From assembly GCA_963782585.1 (NCBI GenBank), contig CAWAKL010000001.1, forward strand, positions 250,133 through 314,132: DNA of 64,000 bases, read 5' to 3'. Within the stretch, counting starts at the first letter, position 1; each line of letters starts with the position of its first letter. Positions 47,965-57,577 of this stretch are shown here, piece by piece. The notes beneath the pieces are model-generated. The model was not told the DNA's origin and searched no databases. It saw only the letters and a list, made by a program, of their open reading frames with translations. This DNA is from an uncultured Acidobacteriota bacterium (GTDB taxonomy: Bacteria > Acidobacteriota > Thermoanaerobaculia > UBA5066 > Gp7-AA6). The position numbers and the translations under genes are program-made.

Positions 47965-49482
47965 ATGACCGTCCCCCGCTTCGACCCGAAACGCCGGCGA
48001 GCCGTCACGATCGCCCTCCTGCTCGTCACGGCGCTCGCGTCCTTCGAGGCGACCGTCGTCTCGACCGCGATGCCGACGATCATCGGCGATCTCGGCGGCC
48101 TCGCCCTCTACTCCTGGGTCTTCGCGATCTACCTGATGACGGCGACGGTCATGATGCCGATCTACGGCCGCCTCGCCGACATCTACGGGCGCCGCCGCAT
48201 CCTCCTCACCGCCGTGTCCGTCTTTCTGGCGGGCGCGATCGCCTGCGGCTTCGCCCACTCCATGCCCCAGCTCATCGCGGCGCGCGCCCTGCAGGGCCTG
48301 GGCGCCGCCGGCCTCGTGCCGATCGCCCTCACGGTCTCGGCCGACCTCTACTCGCTGGAGGAACGCGCCAAGGTCCAGGGCCTGTTCTCCGGAGTGTGGG
48401 GCGTCGCGAGCCTGATCGGTCCGCTCCTCGGCGCGTGGATGACGATCTCCTTCGGCTGGCGCTCGATCTTCACGATCAACATTCCCCTGGGCCTCATCGC
48501 GCTGATCCTCGTGGCGACGCAGATGCAGGAGTCCCGCGCGGCCCTGCCCGACCCGCTGGATTTCGCCGGCGCGGCGACGCTCGTGGCCGGAATCGCGGGC
48601 CTTCTGTTCGCGGTCCTCCACCGGCCCGCCGAAGCGGCGATGCCCTTGCTCTGGCGCGCGGCGATCTTCGCGGCCGCCGCTCGGATCGCTCGCCCTCTTC
48701 GTGCATCTCCAGAATCGGCGGACGCATCCTCTGGTGCCGCCGGTGCTCTTCCGCCGGATGGCGACGGCGGCGCCCGTTCATCGCGGGCGTGCTCCTCGGC
48801 ACGACCATCTTCGGCGTCGACACGTTCGTGCCTCTCTTCGTGCAGGGCGCGCGCGGCGGAACGGCGGGCGCCGCCGGCGCGGTCGTCACGCCGCTCGTTC
48901 TCCTCTGGGCCGTCTCCGCCACGCTGGCGGCGAAGCTCATCGTCCGTTTCGGCTTTCGGCGAACCGCCCGCTGGGGCGCGCTGCTCTCGCTCGCGGGTCT
49001 CGTCGCCCTCATGGCCGCCGCCTGGTGGAATGCCTCCGTCCCCTGGATCTCGGCCGCGTGCGCGCTCGTCGGCGCCGGCCTCGGACCGTCGTCGATGTCG
49101 CAGGTGCTGGCGGTGCAGGCGTCGGTGCCCGAGCGTCAGCGCGGCGTCGCGACGGCGCTCGTTCCGTTCTTCCGCACGCTCGGGGGCGCCGTCGGAGTCG
49201 GGGCGCTCGGAGGCCTCCTCGCGATGGGCCTCCTTCAGCGGCTGGGGCCTGCGGCGGAGAGCGCGGGACGGCTCCTGGCGGCGGGGCATGGCGACGTCGG
49301 TGACCGCGACCTCGGTCGATCCCGCGGCGTTCCGCCTCGCGATCGAGCGCTCGCTTCTGCCGGTCTTCGGCATCCTCATCGGCCTCGCCGTCGTCAACGT
49401 CCTCGTGACCGGGCGCTTCCCGGAGCGCGCCGTCGCCGAGGTGGATTCGCCGGCGGAGAAGGTGATGCTTTCCGTCGATTGA
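47965..49482 (+). CDS. MFS transporter (DHA2/EmrB-like), apparently interrupted by three +1 frameshifts (about 48690, about 48775, about 49290)
   Basis: ATG 47965. TM-rich MFS signature (GRLADIYGRRR). Successive segments read in frames 1, 2, 0 and 1. Confidence 0.65.
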   Translation: MTVPRFDPKRRRAVTIALLLVTALASFEATVVSTAMPTIIGDLGGLALYSWVFAIYLMTATVMMPIYGRLADIYGRRRILLTAVSVFLAGAIACGFAHSMPQLIAARALQGLGAAGLVPIALTVSADLYSLEERAKVQGLFSGVWGVASLIGPLLGAWMTISFGWRSIFTINIPLGLIALILVATQMQESRAALPDPLDFAGAATLVAGIAGLLFAVLHRPAEAAMPLLWRAAIFAAAARIARPLRASPESADASSGAAGALPPDGDGGARSSRACSSARPSSASTRSCLSSCRARAAERRAPPARSSRRSFSSGPSPPRWRRSSSSVSAFGEPPAGARCSRSRVSSPSWPPPGGMPPSPGSRPRARSSAPASDRRRCRRCWRCRRRCPSVSAASRRRSFRSSARSGAPSESGRSEASSRWASFSGWGLRRRARDGSWRRGMATSVTATSVDPAAFRLAIERSLLPVFGILIGLAVVNVLVTGRFPERAVAEVDSPAEKVMLSVD

Positions 49483-50383
49483 GCTCGGCGTAGCCGTAGA
49501 CGAGCGCGAGGCCCCGGTGCGGCGCCCAGCGCTCGGCGAAGCGGCGCATGTCCTCTTCCTTGGCCTTCGAGGTCGTCGCGTGGCCGAGCAGTCCCTGCGC
49601 GAGGTACTTCACGACGCCGAGATCGCCCGCGGGAAAGATGTCCGTCCGGCCGAGGCCCCTCAGGAGCCCGATCTCCGCCGTCCAGCGACCCACGCCGCGA
49701 AACGAGGTCAGCCGCCCGATCGCATCCTCGTCGGAGAGCGGCGTCAGGCTCTCCTCCGAGACATCGCCGGAGGCGAAGGCCCTCCCGATCTCCCGGATGG
49801 CGACGGCTTTCGAGCGCGAGAGGCGAAAGCGCCGCAGGCGAGGAAGCGTCTCGGCGGCGAGCGGCTCGGGCCCGGGAAAAGAGATGTAGGTCTCGCCCGA
49901 GAAGCGGGCGCGGCGCCCGTAGGCGAGACAGAGCTCGCGGCGGATGTCGTAGGCGAACTTGAGGTTGACCTGCTGCGCCAGGACCGCTGTCACGAGCGCC
50001 TCCCACAGCGACGGGACGCCCGCGATGCGGAGCCCTCGGAACGCCCGGATGGGCGCGCAGAGAACCGGGTCGGCGCCATGCGACCGGTAGAAGCCCGCCA
50101 CGGCCGTCGAGGCGCCGAGCGAACGATCGACGACCTGGCGGGCCGCCTGTTCCGCGGCAGGAGAATCTGCCGTTCTCCCCTCGAGCCGCACGTCGAGCAC
50201 GGCCCGCGAAGCCGGCCCGAGCTGCTCGACCGAAAGGAGCACCCCGCGCGTTCCGACCGGGAGGAGCCGCCGGTAGACGCGTCCGTCGAAGCGATCCACC
50301 ACCTCGGGAAACCGGGTGTAGCGCTCGGCCGTCAGGGCGAGCGAGTAGGGACGCGGCGGCACCACCGTGAAGCGAACTGGCAC
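49394..50383 (-). CDS. DNA-3-methyladenine glycosylase II (AlkA) family
   Basis: HhH-GPD-like region (…FRGVGRWTAEIGLLRGLGRTDIFPAGDLGV…). The C-terminal roughly 25 aa (PSPPANPPRRRRAPG…) overlap the MFS 3' end and may be a frame artefact. Confidence 0.7.
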   Translation of the reverse strand: MPVRFTVVPPRPYSLALTAERYTRFPEVVDRFDGRVYRRLLPVGTRGVLLSVEQLGPASRAVLDVRLEGRTADSPAAEQAARQVVDRSLGASTAVAGFYRSHGADPVLCAPIRAFRGLRIAGVPSLWEALVTAVLAQQVNLKFAYDIRRELCLAYGRRARFSGETYISFPGPEPLAAETLPRLRRFRLSRSKAVAIREIGRAFASGDVSEESLTPLSDEDAIGRLTSFRGVGRWTAEIGLLRGLGRTDIFPAGDLGVVKYLAQGLLGHATTSKAKEEDMRRFAERWAPHRGLALVYGYAELNRRKASPSPPANPPRRRRAPGSARSRGR

Positions 50384-50456
50384 TCGACCTCCTCAACACC
50401 GAATGATGTCACCGGGTTGCGACTATGATTCGCGCGACAGAAGTAAGGAGGACGGA

Positions 50457-50816
50457 ATGCGGTTTCTTCTCCGGCTCCTGATCAACGCCGTGGCGCTGTG
50501 GGTCGCCGTCAAGATCGTCCCCGGGATCTCCTACACCGGTGACTGGCTTCCCTTCCTCGGCGTCGCCCTGATCTTCGGCATCGTCAACGCGTTCATTCGC
50601 CCGATCGTCAAGCTGTTCACGCTGCCGATCATCTTCCTCACGCTCGGCCTGTTCGCCCTCGTCGTCAACGGCCTGATGCTCTGGCTGACGAGTTGGCTCT
50701 CGACGGGGTTCGGCGTGAACTTCCACGTCGAGGGCTGCCTCGCGGCGATCCTCGGCGCGCTCGTCGTGAGCGTGGTCAGCGCGCTGCTGTCGATGTTCCT
50801 GCCGGACGGGGACTAG
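50457..50816 (+). CDS. Phage_holin_4_2-family small membrane protein (4 TMS)
   Basis: ATG 50457 preceded by AAGGAGG. 119 aa, very hydrophobic. Confidence 0.65.
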   Translation: MRFLLRLLINAVALWVAVKIVPGISYTGDWLPFLGVALIFGIVNAFIRPIVKLFTLPIIFLTLGLFALVVNGLMLWLTSWLSTGFGVNFHVEGCLAAILGALVVSVVSALLSMFLPDGD

Positions 50817-51004
50817 CCGTCGCTAGGCGCGGCGCTCCGGGTCTGCGCCGTGGCGCACCGGCCTGCGGCTCGCCCAAAGGGGCTCGACCGCAGGCCTGAC
50901 CCTGCGCTTCGCGCTTCGCTCCCGCGGCGCGAACCTCCTCCCTACCTTCGGTCGGGAGACTATTCGCGCCGCGAGCAAAGAGACCAGCGCGGCGAGTGGA
51001 GGTA

Positions 51005-52520
51005 TCAGGTCGCGGAGAGACGCCCCGCGAGAAGAGCCATCCGGCGAAGCCGCTCGGCCTCCTCCGGCCGGAACGCCCAGTCCGGCGCGCGCCAGGTCCA
51101 GTTGCCGGCGGGCTCGGCGGGCGTGTTCATGCGGGCCTCGCCGCCGAGGCCGAGCACGTCCTGCACAGGAACGAGCGCCACGCCGGGCGACGGAGCCGTA
51201 GGCCGCGCGGATGAGCGCCCAGTGGACCTCGCTGCCGTCCGAGCCGAGGTAGTCGTACACCCGTTCTCGCTCCTCGGGCTTGAGCGCCGCGTACCAGCCC
51301 TTCGCCGTGTCGTTGTCGTGGGTGCCCGTGTAGACGAGCGCGTTCTCGGTGTGACGATGCGGCAGGTATTCGCTGTCCGCTCCGTAGAACGCGAACTGCA
51401 GGACCTTCATCCCCGGAAAGCCGAGCTCGGCGAGAAGGGCCTTCACGTCCGCGTCGATGTCGCCGAGATCCTCCGCGACGATGGGAAGCGGGTCTCCCCC
51501 GAGCGCGACGCGAGCGGCTTCGAAGAGTTTCGCGCCGGGACCCGGGACCCACTTTCCGTTCAGAGCGGTTGTTTCGCCGGCGGGCACGGCCCAGTACGCC
51601 GAGAACGCGCGGAAGTGGTCCATGCGAAGGAGGTCGCAGAGGCGCAGGTTCGCGCGCAGCCGCTCGATCCACCACTCGTAACCCGTCGTCTCCGCCTGTT
51701 CCCAGTCGTAGAGTGGGTTGCCCCAGAGCTGGCCGGTCTCCGAAAAGTAATCCGGCGGCACGCCGGAAACGGCCATCGGCTGCCCCATCTCGTCGATCTG
51801 AAAGAGGTCGGGGTGTGCCCATACGTCCGCCGAGTCGAGCGAGACGTAGATCGGCACGTCGCCCATGATCTCCACGCCGCGCTCCTTCGCCGCGGCGCGC
51901 ACGCGGTCCCACTGGCGGAAGAAGAGGTACTGGAGGTAGGCCTGAAAGGACACTTCCGCCTCCAGCTCTCCGGTGGCTCGCTCCAGCGCGTCCGGCTCGC
52001 GCTGCCGCAGGTCCTTGTCCCACGACGTCCAGGGCCGACCCGAGAAACGCGCCTTGAGGGCCGCGAAGAGCGTCCAGTCGGCGAGCCACGCCGCACGTTC
52101 CGGCGATTTCCGAAACTTCTCGAGCTCGTCCCGCGCCGGATCGCCGGCGTGGGCCAGGAAGTGGTCCCAGGACTGGTGGAGGATGCGCTCCTTCCAGCGG
52201 ATCACCGACGGGAAGTCCACGCGCTCCTTCGAAAACGTCGGCAGATCCTCGAAGGCCGAGACGGGAAGGAATCCGTCCTTCAGCAGAAGCTCCGGCGAGA
52301 TCAGCAGCGGATTCCCGGCGAAGGCCGAGGCACCGCCGTAGGGCGCGCCGCCGCCGCCGATCGTCGTCAGCGGCAGCACCTGCCACAGTGTCTGGCCGGC
52401 CGACTTCGCCCAGTCGAGGAAGCGATCCACCCACGGACCGAAGTCGCCGATACCGAACGGGCCCGGAAGCGACGTGGGGTGAAGGAGAATTCCGGCGGAC
52501 CGGGGCGCCGAAGACGTCAC
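51005..52520 (-). CDS. malQ: 4-alpha-glucanotransferase MalQ (GH77) with an apparent frameshift near 51170-51180
   Basis: GTG 52520 overlaps the glgP stop (GTGA). The C-terminus …ALVPVQDVLGLGGEARMNTPAEPAGNWTWRAP… is in the neighbouring frame. Confidence 0.8.
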
Positions 52521-55128
52521 GAAGCCGGAGTGTAACGCCTCGCACTGCGGCTCTCTTCTCCCCACCAGAGAACGAGCCCGGTGTCGTTCGGGTGCGCGAG
52601 GTCGCGATGCGTCGGGCGGACGCGGACCGTGTAGCCGAGGTTCTCGTCCTGGGGCTTGCGGTGGGTCAGGCGGAAGATGCCGGTCTCGCCTTCGCGCGCC
52701 GCGGGCTCGAGCCGGGTGACGGCGCCGGACTCGAGGCGCCCGTCCTCCTCGATCGGCCCCTCGAAGAGCTCGACCGAGACTTCCGACGCGTCGAGGGGGC
52801 CGAGGCGGACCCGCGCCAGCGACGTCGAAGGGCGCGGCCGGAGGAAGCGTGGCCGGATCGGGAACGACCTCGACGCTTTCGAACGCGACGCCGGGCCACG
52901 CGCCGCGCACCCGTTCCTTCCAGGCCACGAGGCGCTTGAGCGGCTCGCGCCCGCCGTCCTTCATCGCCCGCCGGTAGAACGCGCCCGGCAGATAGCAGTA
53001 CTTGAGGTACTCCGCGACCATGCGGTCGGACGAAAACTCCTGGGCCACGCGCGAGGCTGCGACGATCATGCGGTCGAGCCAGCGCTGGGGCGTGCCGGTG
53101 GCGTCGCGGTCGAAGAACATCGGGCAGGACGCGCTTCTCGAGCGTGTCGTAGAGAGCGCGGACGATCTCCTCCTCCGGCATGTGGTCGACGGCCTCCCCG
53201 ACGGCGAACCCGGCCTCGTCGTGCGGGGCTTCGTCCCACCATCCGTCGAGGACCGAAAGGTTGAGAGCGCCGTTCATCGCGGCCTTCATGCCCGAGGTTC
53301 CGGACGCCTCGCGCGGCCGCTCGGGCGTATTCAGCCAGACGTCGCAGCCGGCGACGAGCTGCCGGGCGAGAGCCATGTCGTAGTCCGACAGAAGGACGAT
53401 GCGGCCGCGGAACTCCGGGCGCGCGGCGGCGACCGAGACCGCACGCAGGTACTCCTTGCCGGCCTCGTCCCGCGGATGCGCCTTGCCGGCGAAGAGAATC
53501 TGGACCGGGCGCCCGATCTGGTGCAGCAGGTACTCGAGGCGCTTGGGCTCGCGGAAAAGGAGCGTCGCGCGCTTGTAGGTCGCGAAGCGCCGGGCGAAAC
53601 CGATCGTCAGGGCTTTCGGGTCGAGGGCCCGTCCGGCCTCGGCGATCTCCTCCTCGCGCGCGCCCTGCCGACGCTTCTCCTCGACGAGCTTCTCGCGACA
53701 GGCCGCGACGAGCTTCGCGCGCAGGGCCTCGTGCGCCTGCCAGAGCTCCGTGCGATCGACGGCCTCGGGAGCCTCCACGACTCCCGTCTGTGCGATCTCG
53801 GGCGCGGTCCAGGTCGCCGCGTGCACGCCGTTGGTGATCGGCAGGATCGGGATCTCGGAAAGCGGCAGATCGGGCGCGACGTTGCGCCAGAGCTTGCGCG
53901 ACACCTCGCCGTGCAGCTTCGAGACGGCGTTCTGGTGCGTCGAGAGCCGCATCGCGAGGACCGCCATCGAAAAGAGCTCCCGGCGGTCTTCTCCCACCTC
54001 GCGTCCCAGGTCGAAGAATTCGTCGAAAGAAATGCCGAGCTCGTCGACGTAGGAAGCAAAGTACTTCCAGAGAAGCTCCGGCGTGAAGACGTCGATCCCC
54101 GCCGGCACGGGCGTGTGCGTCGTGAACACGTTGCCGCTCGTGGCCGCTTCGCGAGCCTCGGCGAAGGTCAGATGCTCTTCCTGCACGAAGCGGCGGATCC
54201 TCTCGAGCGAGACGAAGGCGGCGTGGCCCTCGTTGATGTGGCGGATGGTCGGCCACTGCTGGACCCTCTCGAGCGCGCGCAAGCCGCCGATACCGAGAAC
54301 GATTTCCTGCTGGAGCCGCATCTCGTGGCCGCCGCCGTAGAGCCGGGCCGTGACTTCGCGGTCGGGCGGCTCGTTCTCCGGCAGGTTCGAGTCGAGAAGC
54401 AGGACCGGGACGCGGCCGACCCGGGCCAGCCGGATGAGGAGATTCACGTTGCGTCCGGCGAGATTCACCGAGACGACCGGCGGCGACCCGTCCGGCGGCT
54501 CGGCGACCGACAACGGCAGCTCGTCGGGCTCGAGGACCGGGTAGGACTCCGTCTGGCGGCCTTCGCCGTCCACGACCTGGCGGAAGTAGCCCTCGCGGTA
54601 GAACAGACCCACTCCGGTCATGGGGACGCCGAGATCGCTGGCGGACTTCAAGAGGTCGCCGGCCAGGACGCCGAGGCCGCCGGCGTAGATCGGGAGCACC
54701 TCGGTCAGGCCGAACTCCGCCGAGAAGTATGCGATCCGCTCTCCCCGCGCGACGAGCTCGCGGGCGGCGGCGTCGCGAGGCTCGGCCCGGTCTTCCTCGG
54801 CGAGCTGCGCGACCATGGCGAGGACTCGCGCCTGGAACTCCGGATCCTCCGCGGCCCGCCAGAGTTTCTCCGCCGACGCCTCCCGGAACAGCCGCATGGG
54901 GTTGCCGCGGACTTTCCGCCAGGCCTCCGGGTCGATCCCTTCGAAAAGCGCGCGCAGGTCGGCGCGCCACGTCCATCGGAGGTCGTGCGCGAGGGCGAAG
55001 AGTGGGAGGAGCTTTTCGGGAACGCCGGAGACCCGAAGCGCCTTTTCGAGGACGGGTGTCAATCCAACAGGGAGTGTAACAGAGCGACCGGCGACACTAG
55101 CGGCTGTGGGATGGTGTCTCCGGGTCAT
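52517..55128 (-). CDS. glgP: Alpha-glucan (glycogen/maltodextrin) phosphorylase, GlgP 'more_P_ylases' type, with two apparent frameshifts (about 53115 and about 52830)
   Basis: N-terminus …LAHDLRWTW…, with conserved core blocks. The C-terminal domain (…LARVRLGPLDASEVSVELFEGP…VLWW…) is readable only in a third frame. Confidence 0.8.
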
Positions 55129-57566
55129 CCGCGTCGTCGCCCACGCGCACAGCGAGCTTGTCGCCGAGGGCGCGGAAACGCTCCACCCACTGCGTCGCGG
55201 TGGACGAGCCTCCCTCGGCGGACCGGCGCATCACCGGCAGGACCGTCCGCGACAGCTCGTAGTACGCGTTCTGGGCCTTGCCGAAGTCGACCTCGAAGGG
55301 CAACGACTTCGCGAGCGCGACGACTCCCTCGAAGGTCTCGATCAGCTCGGCGTCGTCGGGCTTGCCCGCGAGCCGGCCCGAGAGACGCGCGACCGTCTGC
55401 TCGAGAGCGAGGCCCAGGCCGTCCTCGTGGAGCGTGATCCCCGCGTGGCCGGCTTCCTCGAGGAGCGCGCGCATCCGTCCGAGGTCGGGCCGCGGGGCCT
55501 CGAGGGCCTGCTTGAAACCGGTGGCGAGCGCGCGCTCGGCCGCCACTGCGAATCCGCGCGGCAGGCGCACGCCGTGGCCGGAGAGGAACCGCATGAGCGG
55601 CGCGTGCTCTTCGTAGAGCCGGCGGTAGACGTCGTCGGCATGCTCGAGGGCCGAGGCCAGGATGATGCGGACGACCTGCCTCTGCTCGTCCTTGAACAGG
55701 AGACGGAGCGTGTAGACGTCGGAGCCGAAGCGCCGGTCGACCAGCCGCAGGGTCTCCGTCAGGTCCGCGGCGGCGAAGGGCGCGGAGATCTCCCGGACGA
55801 GCTCCTCGTACTCCTTCTCGTCGGTGAAACGCGTCACCCCGCCGGAGAGGTTGTGGTCCCCCAGATGGAGGACGCCGAAGACGACACGCTCCGACTCCTC
55901 GGTGATCACCGAGGTGACCCGGACCCGGCCGAGCGCGAGTCGGGCGCGGCCGCTCGGCAGCTTCCGGTAGTCCTCCCGCTCCACGCGGTAGCAGTAGACG
56001 GGCGCCGTGTCCGCATACTCGGTGAAGAGGGAGTGCACGGCGTAGTGCGCGGCGACGCGCTCGAGGGTGACGCGCGCCGGGCGGACGGAGTGCTCGTAGA
56101 TGCGGCGGCCGTCCCCCGCCTCCGGGTCGTTGCTCTTCGCCAGCGCGAGCGTCTCGAGAAACGGCGCCTCCAGATCCGTGCCCGGGAAGACGTCCCGGCA
56201 GAGCTCCAGGGCCCGCCCGGCGTACTGGAGGATCTGCCGGGCCTCGATGCCGCCGATGTCGTCGAAGAACCAGCCGCAGCTCGTGTACATGAGCTGCGCG
56301 TGCCGCTCCATCTCCAGAAGCTTCAGGGCCCGGATGCGCTCGGCGCCCTCCAGCGCGCGCTGGCCGTGCCGGCCCAGAAAGCGCGCGACGCTCTCGCGTG
56401 CGCGGTCGAGGATGACGTCGACGTAGTCGTCGCGCGCCGCCCAGGGGTCGCGGAAGATCTTTCCCGCGGCCTCTGTATAGAGGGGCGCCAGTCCGTCGCG
56501 CAATCCATCCAGCGCCTCGCGCAGGGGCGCGCGCCAGTCCTGGCGCCACGCCGGGTGAGCCTCCGTGCGGCAGCCGCAGTGGCTCCGCCAGCGCTCGATG
56601 CCGTGCGCGCAGCTCCACGACGTGGCCTCCAGGATCCGGACCTCCTCGGTCGGAGGGTGGGCCTCGAGAAACTCGGCGTAGTTCGTCAGACGCGCCCGCC
56701 CGGCCGTCTCGATCGTGCGGAGCGCGTAGGCGAGCGCCATGTCGCCGTGGCGATGGTGGTGGCCGTAGGTCTCGCCGTCCGAGGCGATGTGGACGAGCTC
56801 GGGACGCTGGCGCGCCTCGTCGAAGGCCCCCATGAGGCGCTCCGCCAGATGGTCCCCGCGGGACAGCAGCACCGGATCGAAGGCCACCGCGCGCGAAACC
56901 GGGCCGTCGAAGAAGAAGACCGCGATCGAGCCGCCGGACGGCAGGGCCACGCGGTACGGCCGCGTCGGATCGATCCCCTCGGCGGGAACCGCGGACCCAC
57001 TCCCCGTCCCCCGAGCGGACGTGGCTGGCCTGCTGCGGCGCGAGGATCGTGAACCGGATCCCGGCGGCCGCGAGGACTTCGAGCGAGGCCAGGTCCACCG
57101 CCGTCTCGGGCAGCCACATCCCCTCGGGACGCCGCCCGAAGCGGCGTTCGAAGTCGCGAATGCCCCAGGTCACCTGCGTCGTCTTGTCGCGGGCGTCCGC
57201 GAGCGGCAGGATCATGTGGTTGTACGGCTGGGCAATGGCCGAGCCGTGCCCGGAGAAGCGCTCGACGCTCAGGCGGTCGGCCTCGAGAACCGCGGCGTAG
57301 ACGTCGGGCCGCTTCCCTTCGAGCCAGGAGAGGAGCGTCGGCCCGAAGTTGAAGCTCATCGATGCGTAGTTGTTGACGATCGCGACGATGCGGTTCTCCC
57401 CGTCGAGAATCCGGGCGCGCGCATTCGCCGCATAGCACTCCGACGTGATCCGCTCGTTCCAGTCGTGGTACGGGTACGCGGAGTCCTGCGCCTCGATCGC
57501 CTCGAGCCAGGGATTCTCGCGGGGCGGCTGGTAGAAGTGGCCGTGGATGCAGACGAAGCGGTCCAT
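55097..57566 (-). CDS. Glycoside hydrolase family 57 protein with DUF3536-like C-terminal region; one or more frameshifts near 56950-57000
   Basis: ATG 57566 (MDRFVCIHGHFYQPPRENPW, GH57 N-terminal signature). The catalytic region (…SIAVFFFDGPVSRAVAFD…HIASDGETYGHHH…) is in another frame. Confidence 0.75.
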
Positions 57567-57577
57567 GGCTACGCAGG

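Noticed and set aside
50817-51004. Possible terminator structure (GGCCTGCGG…CCGCAGGCC with inner CCCaaagGGG) in the 190-nt convergent gap between the holin-like gene and malQ
   Set aside because: The stem is interrupted, the loop is long (about 19 nt) and no U-tract is on either strand. Too weak to call.
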